DNA of 64,000 nt, from assembly GCF_006345805.1 (NCBI RefSeq), contig NC_042999.1:135036001-135100000 (forward strand). The letters run 5' to 3'. A program made the position numbers and the translations under genes. Shown here one piece after another: positions 50,836-64,000 of this stretch. The notes beneath the pieces were generated by a model. The model had not been told where the DNA came from. It searched no databases and worked only from the letters and a program-made list of their open reading frames with translations. Source of the stretch: Octopus sinensis. Lineage: Eukaryota. Positions within the stretch are counted from its first letter, which is position 1. Each line of letters opens with the position of its first letter.

Positions 50836-51239
50836 TGCCAACTATTACTTTTACTCCAGCAGGAGGAATAGTAGACGTGTCATTGAATAGTGTGAGAGGG
50901 GGTCAAAGTGTGACACACTGGCACACAAATTTGTTTCGGCATTTATTGTTATAGATTAGATGAGATTTCTTGTAGTATCTCTTCTGGCTCTTTGCATTCT
51001 GATGGCAGTGGTAACATGACACTGATGCCAAGGTGTATCAGCCTTTACCTTTCACTTGGACAATATTAGTGTCATGGGGTGTGGAGGTTTAGATGCTTGG
51101 GCAACTGCAGGTTTTTCATAAAATCTTTGCCCAAGCATACAGCTAAGAGAAGAACTTTCCAGATGCAGACTTTTTGCCTCATGAGACATACAGAGGCCCT
51201 GGAATACTATTCTTACTATAATATATATATATAACTGAA

Positions 51240-51720
51240 GCTTGCTTTAGCCTTAGATATCTTAGAAGGCATGACATTCTCCTTTAAAGATGTTCTGAGC
51301 TTCTGTGTCTTTTATAAGATAGTCAGAGGTGGAGTTGTAGAACTTTTTAATGTTGCAGACACTCCAGGACTAGTGAGATTGACATAGTTATGTTTAGTCT
51401 GTAGGAAAAATGCTGTCACAAAGGATTACTGTTGTGAGGAGGGAAGATTAAGCAAAATGTTAGGATATACAGTAACATGATCCAGTAAAACAGGCCATTG
51501 TAGATGCAGTCAAACTAGACATGATAAAGAAAAAAGCAGCGTTTCTGTGAGATAGAGTCTTTGTTTGTAGGCTATTGAATCTGTTCCAATCAGAGATGCA
51601 GTCTAGAAAATTTGTGTGTAAAGTAGTAGCACTATTCCATAGACGTGAGTAGTACTCTAATGTCAGATTTGTGGAGTTCAGCAACTGATTAGGGCTGAAG
51701 TGATATTTTCATCTTTGTGA
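51240..51720 (-). mobile_element. CR1-like LINE 3' remnant
   Basis: ORF 51460-51684 (...SLQTKTLSHRNAAFFF) resembles the LQPL.HRR region seen in the 10.1-10.4 kb remnant. Confidence 0.35.
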
Positions 51721-52239
51721 TGCAGTTTTGGCAGTGACATTGTAAGATCTTGCACATGTAGCATATTTTTAAGTAATAAAAATTAATGAAAAATTGCAAA
51801 TGCACAGAACTTTTGATATTGGTAATGAATCAAATATACACTGAACTGAGAAAAGACATCAGCTTCAACAACAGACATGACAGGAGTAACTATAATGATA
51901 CTTAACTAAAGTAAAATTTTCACAATGTAATTTCTTAACGAGGTTGCCTAAAGAGGAAAGTATATGATTAGAGATTGATGGTATCTTTCAATTTGTAAAG
52001 ATTACAGTTAAATCATTGGGTAGGACTAAATAGCTTATGTTGCTGATAAAAAGATGGTTGGTTGAAGAAGCTGATTCAGCATAGGCAGTTCAGTAGTTGC
52101 AAAAAGATGCAATAGTTGAAACATTCAGTGTAATTGTCAACATTGATTAAAAATAGAGGTGGCAGTGCAACTTGCAACATTTAAACTTTCATTTTCTGCA
52201 GTTTTATATTTATACTTCCATGTTTACATGGATGTTCCT

Positions 52240-53325
52240 ACCTTTGTTGGCAACAAAGGGCCTCTCCTTCAGAGTGAAAGGCAGATTGTATAATGCCTGT
52301 ATGTGAACAGCTATGCTGCTACACAGCAGTGAAACATGGGCTGTGACAGCTGAGGACATATGTAAGCTTGAAAGAAATGAAGCCAGTATGCTTCACTGGA
52401 TGTGTAATGTCAGTATGCATGTTCAACAGCATGTAAACATCGCGAGAGAAAAGTTGGGCATAAGAGGCATCAGATGCGTTGTGCAAGAGAGACAACTGTG
52501 CTATGGTCGTGTGATACATATGGACGAGGATAGCTGTGTAAAGAAGTGCTGATCCCTAACTGTTGAGGGAACCTGTGGTAGAGGTAGACCCAGGAAGACA
52601 TGGGACAAGGTGGTAAAGCATGATCTTCGAACTTTGGGCCTCACAGTGGCAATGACTAGTGACTGAGACCTTTAGCGATATGCTGTGCTTGAGAAGACCT
52701 GTCAAGCCAAGTGAAATCATAGTCATGGCTGATGTCACATAACTGGCACCTGTGTCAGTGACATATAAAAAGCATTTTTCAAGTTTTGGGCCCCACAGAG
52801 GCAAAATGGTGAATGCCAGTGGCACACAAAAAGCTCCTTTTGAATGCTGGGCTTCACAGAAGCAATGACAAAGACCTTTGGCATTATATTGTACTTGAGA
52901 AGAGCCATATGCATCACACGAGCATATCGCCAAAGGTCTCGGTCACTAGTCATTGCCATTGTGAGGCCCAAAGTTCAAAGATCATGCTTTACCACCTTGT
53001 CCCATGTCTTCCTGGATCTCCCTCAACAGAGATCAGCACTTCTTTACATAGCTATCCTTGTCCATATGCATCATACGACATATCAGCCAAGTAAAATCAC
53101 AGTTGTGGCAGATACTAGTGTCATGCAAATGGTTTCTATAGCTGGATGCCCTTCCTAATGCCTTACACTCTCAGAATGGTTGGCATTAGGAGGGGCATCC
53201 AGCCATAGAAACCATGCCAAATCAGACTAGGGTATGGTGCAACCTTCCAGCTTGCCAGCCCTGGTCAAACTATCCAACCCATATCAGCATGGACAATGGA
53301 TGCTAAATGATGACAATGATGATTC
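52240..53325 (+). mobile_element. Rearranged RTE insertion with an internal inverted copy and a small hairpin
   Basis: ORF 52313-52552 contains LLHSSETW and MDEDSCVKK. About 52905-53075 is the reverse complement of about 52505-52685. 53129-53215 is a hairpin with a stem of about 34 bp. Confidence 0.85.
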
Positions 53326-53609
53326 TCCCCACTCAACTGTGTATTAAGGAAAAGATCATATCTTACAGTCCTTCACTGAGCCAAGAGCAAGTAGAGTTAT
53401 GTATTTTTGCTCTCAACACAATTCAATGGCTGTAACAGTAGTCATAACTATATACTTTCTGAATCAAAAATATTCTAAAAAAGAAAAGTCTTTCAGCCAC
53501 AGTATTGAATATTGATGAAGTTCTGATAAATACACCATCTTGACATTAAGGCCTTTGGTGTTTTTTTAACATATTGTTTGCTTCTTTCAAATAACTGCAT
53601 CTTCAGTTT

Positions 53610-53930
53610 CATCATCATCATTTAACATCTGCGTTCCATGCTAGCATGGGTTGGATGGTTCGACTGAAGTCTGGGAAGCCAGGAGGCTGCACCAGGACCA
53701 GTCTGATCTGGCAGTGTTTCTAGAGCTGGATACCCTTCCTAACGCCAACCACTCCGTGAGTGTAGTGGGTGCTTTTTACAGCCACCAGCACAGGTGCCAG
53801 GCAAGGCTGACAACAGCCACGATCGGTTGGTCCTTCTTACATGCCACCGGCATGGAGGCCGGTTGAGGCGGTGCTGGCAACGGCCATGTTCGGATGGTTC
53901 TTTTACATGCCACTGGCACTGGTATCACAA
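53610..53930 (-). mobile_element. RTE-type 3' end, minus strand
   Basis: catcatcatcatttaacatc...gctggatacccttcctaacgccaaccactcc is the reverse complement of the family tail. Confidence 0.8.
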
Positions 53931-56900
53931 CTACAAAATTTTATTGTTGTGCATTACTACCATAATTTCCCCATCCAGCATACTCAACCACCAAAATATT
54001 GGGTACAACTGCTATTGTCGTGTTTGTTTACTCTGATATCTTGCATTTTACTGATGCTTAGAAGCCCAATAAAATAAATATTTTTTTTATAAATTTTATT
54101 ATTTTAGCAAATTATTTGAATATTGTATGTTTCAGTTGTGTGCAGTGCATTGCTTGTAGCCTAGATCTATGTGAAGTTTGAGGTGTATGGAAAAAAATGT
54201 TTACACATTTTGGTACATAGCAACAAAATAGCTTTCAGATATTGATGATCATGATATATAGTATTTTAGCTGTCGTAGTAGTGCGATACTATCTGCAGCT
54301 GAAGAGAAAAGTTTCTGCAGTGTTTTCTATTTATTAAGATTGGATCAAATATTATTTCTAGTCCAGTAACAAATTTAGATGGGTGCACCTCAAATGTTGT
54401 CAGAGACTTTTTATTGTGTCATTCAGGAAGACACAATATTGTTATCCTCAACAATTAAGCAGAATCACAACAGATGATCAAAAAAAGTCATGAAATCATA
54501 TTTTGTCTCTGATTCAGCTGTACATCTTTTAGTCTAGTTGTGAAACCTTCAGTTACTTCAATAATACAGTCATGACAGTATTTTATAACTAATGAGTATT
54601 TTGTTCACTTACAGTGTTGACTCAGTTTTATTTGTGTTGTAGTGTTTATGATAAAGCAGCCTCTCATTTCAGGGAACACATTATAATTAGATATTTGTCT
54701 ATCCTTTACATAGACAATATAGTTTTATTTTTATCATATACCAGTAATGCATCCTGATGTTGCCCAAATGTTATGACCTACAGCTACATTGTATTATTTG
54801 TTCCTTTCTTAAGGGCAGAATCAGCACACAAGGAGTATGAAGCAAATAACTCTTCTTTATAAACATGTTTTTCAGTCATTTTGTGATGAACAATGCTGAA
54901 ATCTTTGACACCAAAAACATGTACAATAGCAACTTAGATTAGAAAGAAATCTTAACATTGGCCACAAAATGACCTAAAAATTGTGCAACCAAGCCTTGTT
55001 TTGGTGCTAATTTTTGTAGTAAAATAGGTTTGCTGTGCCAAAAACTTACCTTACACTGCTAGCCGAAAGATTGCTCAATGTTTTGATATCTGATACAACA
55101 ATATTGGCAACTCATTTTCATGGTTACAAATTGGGTAATGTAGAAACTGAACTAGTTCCTATCCATCCCATAATATTTGTTGATAACTGTGAACCACACA
55201 AATATACATTAGCTTCCCCAATGAAAAGGTCATGTCCAAAAGTACTATGGTTTTCTGCAAGCATATTTGGTATCAGTTTATATCAATGTTGAGGCCAACA
55301 GAATAAAGAAGGGACTTTTGGGGCTGTATGTATATATACATATATAAGGATATGAGTAAACAGTGTTATTGATGTGGGTAGTTTGACATAAATGTATAGA
55401 CACTGTGCTTCTTGAAAAGAAATGGGTTATGCTGGTATGCAGAGGTTGGGTAGTAGTAATGGAGCGATGTATGACTTCATAGTTGATGAACTGTGAAAGC
55501 CTGAGAAATAAATTATCTTTACAGACCATGTTTGGAATTATCTATATAATTGATAGCAAAGTGTGTATGATATGAAATTAAATGTGGATTTAGTCATATA
55601 CCAATGAAGTTAGTGAAGTTGTAACATGTTATAGACAACACGGTATCTCCATACATTATAATGAGAAATTGAAAGAGAGAGGTAATGCCAATTTTTTTTA
55701 CGTGTAGTATTTCAGTAGAATTCTATGCATGTGTGAAACATTAGAAGCAAATTGAAATATTACCAGAAAATGACTTCGAAATTGTGCGACGCAACCTCAT
55801 TTCTGGGGTTATTTTATTAGTAAAAAAGAGTTGTTATGTGAAAAATATACTTTATTTGGTAGCTGAAAGATTACTGAATCTTTTGATACCCCATATGTTA
55901 AAATGAGCAACTGAGTTTTTGAATCCGTGAGGAACATTCACACAAACACACACACAGAGTAGCTTTTTGAAAATGGTGAGGTTATGGGTAGATGTTGGGG
56001 AAGAAGATGTTAGTGTTTCTTCAAGAAAGAAGAAAATTCATACTGTCTGATTGTTTCTCTGAGGATTACCAAGAAAAAGATGTGGAAAAAAGTTTTTAAA
56101 AAATGAAGAAATTGGGGTTGAGAGGGAGAAACTTAAAATATTGAGAACATGTGTTTTGGTGAAATGCAAATCTCTTGTATGGAAAAGATAGGATGTGAAT
56201 AAATTTAGGGAAAAAATAAGGGGTGGGGACGCAAATGTCAGACATGTTAGAAACATCAGGTAAAAGACAGGATTTCTGGGTTAACTTCCTTGTAAGTTTA
56301 TTTGGAAGATCAGGTTTTGAAATACACTCACCACAAAAGGAATGAGAGAATAGGATTTGAGCTGTAATTTTGCATGTACATGCAGTAAGATAGAACATAA
56401 TTCATACAAAACTTTTACCTTGAGTGTGTGTGAGTGTGTGCCAAAGGAAGTTATTTTTACATACCTTTCTTAATTCCAAATGAAGAAAAAGTAGGAGAAT
56501 ACTTTCAAAATTGTAGTTGAGCTGTGATTGTGAAGGCATGAAGAAGTGTGTGCACATATTTGTAGGGTTGACGTGCCTGAGAAACATGTATGAATTATCT
56601 GTGTAATTCATAGTAAAATGTGTAAAAATGGAATGAAATCCAGGTTTTGTCATATATCGATGAAGTTAGTGAAGTTATAACATGTTGTTGACAACATAGT
56701 GTCTCCATACATTATAATGAGAAATTGAAAGAGAGAGATAATGCCAAATTCTATGCATGCATGAAACATCGGACAAAAGTGAAACATTAGAAGCAAACCA
56801 AAATATTGCCGAAAAATGACCTCAAAATTGTGCAACCTAACCTTGTTTCCAAGGTTATCAGCATCTCCTTTTCTCCCACTTTCCACCTTTCTTTGTGCCA

Positions 56901-57780
56901 GCTTTCTTTTACCTTCATCTATAGAACATACATACAATATCAAATGTCAGCATGTCTCTCTCTCCCACTATCCCTCTGTCTTTCAACTTCTATAGAAAGT
57001 TGTTTTCTCTCTCTATTTCTTTCTCTCTGTCTTTTTCTCATTTTGTGTTTCTCTCTCTCACACATATTGTAGAAAGATTATAATGTTAAATTTTTGTAAT
57101 GCAAATATGTAAATGAAAATGAATTTTATTTGGTAGCCGAAAGATTACTGAATCTTTTGATTCCTCATACATCAAAATCGGCAACTCAGTTTTCAAATCC
57201 ATAAGGAACATACTCTCTCTCTCTTTCTTTCTCTCTCTCTCTCTCTCTTTTATATATTAAGATGAACTAAAAAGAAAAATAGATAGCTGCAACAAACTCT
57301 GAATGGAACTCTGCATTCCACACTACACCTCTTAAACATTCTCTGATTGGCATTCTACATTACACCCAATGTGTCTTGACTAACATACTTCACCCTTGCA
57401 GCATCTTCTTACACCATCGGCAAGTGACCTTCTACTACTTTTTCCTGGCATCTTGAGAGAGTATGGCAACAAATCTTGATAAGTTGCTAAGTGATAGTCC
57501 AACTGGTTTGATCAGTCCTCATCGTAAGCTGCTGAAAAAACCCTCTTTGACTTAATTTACATATGTAAAAGATTCTTTATATTTGTTGGTTTATATTAGC
57601 TTATATTAGGATTTTATTTTAGTACTCTGAGATCCACTTATTTCAGTTTGCACTTTCTTTTACTAACTACTACTAGCTTGAAATGACAACTAATACTAAT
57701 ATATAATAATAATAATAATTGTGGGTGTTGTATATTAACTGATTTGATTGACAACAGGATTAGATGGACTTTTGATTTTA

Positions 57781-59048
57781 CAGGGTGTCCCAGAAAGATT
57801 AATCCATTTTTATTTCTGAATTATTCAAAATAAACTTAAGGTAGGATAATGAAATTTGGCACGCACACATTCTAATGTAAACTGTTAAGCAATTGCAGTA
57901 ATTACATCTCAAAATGATAACCTTTTGCCTTGATCGTAGCCTGCAAATGAATGGTCACTGAATTGCATGAGCACCTCTTCATCCAACTTGACACCTGAAG
58001 ACAAAAGGGCTTTCTTCAGATATGGCACGTTTGAATAGGAGTGGGCAGAAACATTACTCTCTAAGATGGACCAGATAGCAAAGTCCGTGGGATTGATGTC
58101 TGGACTTAAGGGAGGCCATATCATCTTGTCCAAAAACCTGCTGAAATGTTCTTTGCACCACCTCTGTGTCAAATTGAATATGTGGGCTGGAGTCTTATCT
58201 TGTGTGAAGATGTAATAGTCACCAAAATTTTTCTGTGACCCAGGGTAACACTTCTCATCCAACATTTCCACATAAACTTCACTGTTGACTTTGATGCCAG
58301 CATCAATGAAGATCAAGGGAGACTTGGACCCATCAGATGCAACTGCAGCCCACACCATGAGTAAAGCTGGCTTCTGGCAGCGTAAATGACTCCTCCTACT
58401 TTCAGGCAAGCATCGTACATTGTGTGTATAATACCTGTCATTCTGCCTGTTGGTAACTGCCTCTATGGTGAAGATTTTCTTATCAGACCAGATCAACACT
58501 TGGAGGTGCGCCTCATCTCAGCTAACATGGTTTTACTCCTGTTGAACCGTTTCTTCTTGGAAGCTGCTGAAATTAACTGCTGGGATTATTTCTTGCATGC
58601 AATTAGCTTTAAATCCTCTTTAAAAATCCTGTGCATTGACAATTTCAAAATATCAAGAGCTTTTGCAGTTTTTCTTGCACTCCTGCATTAATTTCGGTTC
58701 ACTTACTTCTTCACAGCTTCAACAGTTTGGTACGAATTGATCATTTCCTACCAGGAATTGGCTTGCTAGAGGTAGTAGCAGACTCCATATATTGTTTCCT
58801 GGTATTGAACACTGTTTTACAGCACACCTTCACCTGTTTTGTTATATCCTTGTTGCTCACTCCAGCTGTTTTCAAAGCGACAATCTGGTCACATTTTGCT
58901 TTCAATGCCATGTTTGTTTACAAACCTGTTATAGATGAACAAAACAATAGACATATGCAAATCTTTACGTAAAATGTAGATAATATTACCTGAATTTATA
59001 TTGTTTAGGAAGAGTTTTAAGCATGGGTAAATTTTCTGGGACACCTTG
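57781..59048 (-). mobile_element. Near full-length DD37D (maT) transposon, 1268 bp, transposase disrupted
   Basis: TA|CAGGGTGTCCCAGAAA and TTTCTGGGACACCTTG|TA TIRs with a TA duplication. ATG at 58911. WSD, QD and SPDINPTD, with 37 residues between the second and third Asp. Stops and frameshifts in the N-terminal part. Confidence 0.92.
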
Positions 59049-60519
59049 TATTGTAATTGCTATTAATCTTCTAATACCCTGAGTTCCAATAACTCCTCCT
59101 TTTTTTCCATTCACATTGTACCTTTCTAACATCTTTATTAACTAAAACAAGCTCAGCTGTTATCTCCAGCCTGAACTACTATTTTAAATAGATTTCTAGT
59201 AACATTCATACTTAAAGAGGGTTTATTAAGAACAAAAAAACAAAATGATAGTACCCTTTGACTTTAATAAGTTTTAAACTTCTGTTAAAATATTGAAGTT
59301 CAATCTAGTTTCTCAATTAGTATGTCTTCATGTTATATACCCCGTCCAAAGCAATGTAATTTGGCTGCAAGACAACTATATAGCAAAATGACAAGTCTTA
59401 TTTGGCTAATTGTGAAGGCAGTTTTAACATTATTTCAGCTTTACATAACAGAAATCTTTCTTGCTCTAGGTTATGGTGATGTCCAGTCTATCACTGAAAC
59501 CATATCCTGCCCTAAGTTTATTGACTTTATCATTGAGAATTATTAAATTTTGTAGAATTATTTTATCAGATAATCTTATTTAATGATATGTTTTCATTTG
59601 TTTTATGATATTCCAAGATATTAGAATTGTTGTTTTCAACTTTCTCACAGGGAATTCTGAAATTATAATTGTAATTTTGAATAGGAGTAGGCATGGCTAT
59701 ATGTAGTTGAGAAGTTCACTCAAAAAACATGTTTCCAAGTTGATCAATGCCTTGTGATTGAATTTGGTTGACAGAAACTGTACAAGGTTCAGTGCGTGTG
59801 TGTGTGTACATGCTTTACATTTGTGCTTCACTGAAAATCAATGAGCTACAAGCAATGACGATATTGTCACCCTTATCATCCACTAGCTCTGCACTTTTGA
59901 AGATGTATGGCATAAGAAACCTCTTACATGAAAAGTAAGTAAGGGTTAGTGGCAGGAAAGTCATGGCTGTATAACAATGCATCATTAATGTATTTGTTAA
60001 ATGCATGCTAGCCTGGAAAAATGAACAAATAAATGAACTTTATAACTGAGTAAAGAAGATAATGATTCATCAACTGAATGTATGTTCTGAAGTCTGAGGA
60101 CACACACACACACACACTTAATTGCCTAACACAGTACATCATACTGTAGAGATTACATATCATATTGTTAGAGAATATTAGATCAGAGCTAAATTCAATC
60201 GCTTGTCTATACTGAACTTGGAGTTATGTTCAGGCTTCTATCATATTTATCTTTAATTGTATTGTGTTTGTGTTAGAAATAAAGTGATAAAAAAACTTAG
60301 TTATAGATAAGTTGGTCAGTCTCAAGATATTTTGTGTGAAGTATATAGTTGAGGAAATATGTAAAAGGTGTAGAACTACAGTCATCATTGTTTGTCTTTA
60401 TAGAGAATCTTATAAAAGGAACATAGAAACAGTTCATATTAATAAATAGTTGATTTGAATTAATCCAAAATTTTAATAGCATCTGACTTTTGAAGAGAAA
60501 TTTGATACTTTGCAAAGAG

Positions 60520-61050
60520 GATGACCACAAACCTGAGGGCATCGTTGAAAATAGAAATGCAAAGATCCTATGGGATTTTATGATTCAGTGTGACCATGAG
60601 ATAGAGAATAGGAAGCCAGACATAGTCTTAATTGAGAAAGAAAACAAACTATGCAAGATCATAGTTTAGCATGCCCAGCTGACAACAAGGTATGTGATAA
60701 GGAAGAAAGAAAAGTTGAGAGATATGATAGGTTAGCTTGGGAAGTTAAGCAGTTGTGGTCCATGCACAAGGTAGTAGTACCAATAACTGTCTGAGCCCTG
60801 GGAACAGTGAGCAAAATTCTTGAGAAGTACATGGAACAAATATGGGCTGCAATAAGGGTGGAGTACTTGCAGAAAACAGCATTTCTTGGAACTGCTCGAA
60901 TACTCCGGAAGTTGCTCAAAAAATAAGGGGTGTTACCTTAGTTCACTGGTTGTGAACAGCTGACACTGTAGTACATCTTCAGCATTAGCAGCTGTGCAAA
61001 GGTAATGATGATGATATTAATAATAATAATAATAATGATAATAATAATAT
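60520..61050 (+). mobile_element. 5'-truncated R4/Dong-clade non-LTR element (restriction-like endonuclease C-terminus) ending in (TAA)n
   Basis: Translates as KILWDFMIQCDHEIENRKPDIVLIEK, (frameshift) ACPADNKVCDKEERKVERY, LGTV, LQKTAFLGTARILRK. Stop at 60924-60926, a short 3'UTR, then TAA repeats. Confidence 0.85.
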
Positions 61051-63378
61051 AAAATAACCTTTAATATCCTGCTTGCAGTTCAGTGTTATGCATTTAACAG
61101 CTTTAATTAACTATGGAATGAAATTGAAAGCAATCAAAATATTAAACATGTTGTAACAATGTTATATGAAGATCAATAAATTTATGCATGAAAACAGAAA
61201 TAATATTTATAAAATGAGGAATTTGTATGAATCCCACTAATAATAATAATACATTTGTCTTTGTGTAAAAGATGGGCTACAACAAATATTCTACACAATA
61301 CCACAGATTTGCTTGTCAATTGCTTGACTTTAACCAGTTGAACTTATCCCTTGGTGGTTGATGATATATGTATCTCTGACCACAAACAGGGGTAGTGAGA
61401 GAGCATCATAGTTATGTGTTGAGAGGAATTCTTTGAGGTTTGAATAATTTACCTTTGGAAACATGGGTGTTTCATTCATCATCCTTAGGCAATTCTTATA
61501 CAGGAACCTTTTGAGCAGGATGGGCTACTTGACCTGAAGAAAATTCTAACTGGACCCCACCTGCAAGGTGTTGTGCTGTTTATCTTCATATGGGATCATC
61601 ATGTCATGCACATATGGTTGTGATGCTTGCGCCTTATGATGGGTGTATTGGGCTTCATATACTTGTACCCCAGTGTCACTTTGATGGCATGCACTGTTCT
61701 CTCACTCAATAATAATAATAAGTAGTAGTAGTTGTAGTAGTATGCACGCATGCATTCATAATATTTAATATCTATTTGGGACTCCAGAATGATGACTCCA
61801 TTTTGTTGCTCTTAAGATAGTTCCGAATGCACTATGTTCCTACTTACCCGTTAGTGTGTCGGGCTAAGAGAAATAACTCACATTGAGTAAGAGAAACAGT
61901 TGGTAATTATGGTAGTGGTGTGACACCAGTGATGTTTGGTGTTGATAATAGTGACTGAGGAATTAGGGTGAGGGGGAGAGAGAGAAAGTTGTAGTAAGAT
62001 AGATAGATAGATGGATAGAGAGAGAGATAACAAAAGAGAAATAGACAGAATGTGAGTGAGAGAGAGAACAAAAGAATAAGGCAGAAATAGTGAGATCATT
62101 TGTGATGTCACTGCGTCTTTAGTTATCTCTTCTCTCATTTCTCCCTCTATCCACCCCACCTCTGCATTTGATTAAAGTATTTTTAAAGTGTATCCTGATA
62201 TATAAAATAATGGCATGATTAACTGACAGTATTAGTTTGTTACAAGAATGGAATACAGTGCTAAGACTTGTATGTATGTATTTTATCTATGTCTTTATGT
62301 GTGTGTGTATGTAAAGATAGATAGATAGATAGATAGACAGGCAGACAGACAGATGCTAAAATCCAAGAGTTTTAAGCATACATTTTAAATTATTGTATAA
62401 TCTGTTATGAGATTGTATCATATGAGATATATGGATGAAATTCATGCATTTTAAAAGCTAATACTATAAAAGCTGGTGATACTGAATTTTAGCAAAATTA
62501 TCCTTGAAATTTTCATGGGTTTCACTAGACAAATAACAATCTACAGAAATATGGCTTTGTGTAAAGTTCAGTAAACTATAGAGAAAGGACGTTCACTCTT
62601 AGTCTAAAAAGTTTAGTATATACTAGCAGATAACAAGACAAATGCTTTATCTAAATGTTTAAAAGGAGTTGTTGCCAATAAGTTTATAATTTTTTTCACT
62701 CTTAACCTTATCTTTAGAGATGATAAATATTTTCTCTTTAATTACACCTACCCTATGTTTTGTGGTTTGATCTTCAATTGTCACCAAGTTGTGTGTACAG
62801 TATAGGGCTGGATTTGAAGTTGGAGTCCATATTTCTTAACTAAAAATAATACATCCTTATGTACTAGGTAGCTGACTAATCTCTAAAGATGAGATTAATA
62901 GCTTAAAAAATTATACTCTTATTACCTGCCTTGTTTAACATTTTACTGCTTCTCCATTTCTTTTAACCAATCAATTAATCTATAATGTGTGTGTGTGTGT
63001 GTGGTAAAATGTAAATATATAAAATATTTTTTTATTGCTTTTAATTTATAGGTAAATATCAGATTCTAAATTTTTTAGTTATTTACATTTCTTATTGTTA
63101 TGAACCATTACAAAACTTAGTTTAAGATTAAAATATACAGATGGTTTTAGTATATAATTAATAACATTATCTATATTCATAGAAAAGCTTGTGAAATAAT
63201 TTGTATTTGAAATTAATTTAAGCATGTACAGCACCCAAAATAAGTTTATATAAAATAGAATAAAGTTGCTTGTAAGCTTTTTAAAAGAAAAAAAAACAGT
63301 TAAGGGTGACGTGAGGGTTCATTTAACACACTGAATGCTTATGCAAATTATTTCTAGTCTTGCATCTTTCTGTCACAG

Positions 63379-63411
63379 GATCAAAAGGAGCGGTAGACAG
63401 TGGTGTAATTG
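63379..63411 (+). CDS. PLEKHM1: Probable next PLEKHM1-like exon (GSKGAVDSGVI), 33 nt
   Basis: tctttctgtcacag acceptor, GTAAGC donor, phase 1 to 1, in frame with 49844. There is no homology support, and intervening exons may have been missed. Confidence 0.5.
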
Positions 63412-64000
63412 GTAAGCTATGTAAAAAACATTTCTGTTGTCACTCATTCATAGTATTGGAAACTAGTTTGTAAACAGTAGAAATCTCCAAGACAAAAAGG
63501 GACTGAAGTAGATATTGTAAAGCGTTTATTTCAGTATATTGCCCTTCTGTATTGTAATGTCACTTTGCTTTTCCTCCCTCTCAAAAGATGGAGATGGATG
63601 TCTGTGATACATACTTGTAACGACTGTGATTAAATCACTCAGTTTTCCATTTAAAAACTTTTTTTGTGAAATTGGTTTCATTTTCAAACCAGAAAATCTC
63701 ATAAGGTGAAGTAAATACTATTTCATTTGCTGTTCAAGTATTTTAACATGGATGGTTTTTATGGTGGTATTCAGATAATATTGAAGACATAAATAATTAT
63801 GTAATACTGTGATATAAAGATATTCTATATCAATATTATTTTCCATTGTGTTTATACTGTAGTGTGGTGTTCAGCTATTATTCCAAAGTGAGTGCTTGTA
63901 TTGTTACTTTGTATTATTTTGATATTATCAGATATTATTTTGAAAAGAATGGATGTGTGGTAGTTTGATTTTCAAATATTGTAACATGGGTAGTTCTGTG

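Noticed and set aside
55035-55292. 85-aa ORF as a PLEKHM1 exon
   Set aside because: It overlaps a repeat copy, and the phase-1 reading from the nearby acceptor hits a stop.
59470-59546. Extra PLEKHM1 exon after ttgctctag
   Set aside because: The frame runs to a stop, and there is no convincing phase-compatible donor.

Overview
AT-rich, intron- and repeat-rich animal genomic DNA. The repeat families look like those of Octopus (coleoid cephalopod); this assignment is from memory, not a search. I reconstructed two plus-strand spliced genes by hand using splice sites and reading phase. (1) A complete 6-exon PRKRIP1 orthologue, ATG 5135 to TAG 14968, 166 aa. (2) The 5' part of a PLEKHM1-like RUN-domain gene: 9 well-supported coding exons from 23614 to 49844, one probable 33-nt exon at 63379-63411, and the gene continues past the window. 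Introns and the intergenic spacer hold decayed elements: L1/Tx1, CR1-like, RTE and R4/Dong LINE fragments, several tRNA-derived SINE families, two DD37D (maT) Tc1/mariner elements, a mariner MITE, a Buster-type hAT and non-autonomous Helitrons. The most unusual signal is a small element with a tRNA-like (Pol III A/B box) head that carries a minimal type-I hammerhead-ribozyme core. It occurs twice as a head-to-head fold-back dimer (15.6-16.2 kb, with a 13-bp flanking direct repeat, and 29.7-30.0 kb). A second, unrelated hammerhead-like family lies at 20.25 kb. Also notable: a multimeric nested array of an RTE 3' region (40.9-42.7 kb), a diverged 1.3-kb intronic duplication with one in-frame candidate cassette exon per unit, and many fold-back structures. 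No ribozyme activity, expression or splicing is demonstrated here; these are inferences from sequence.
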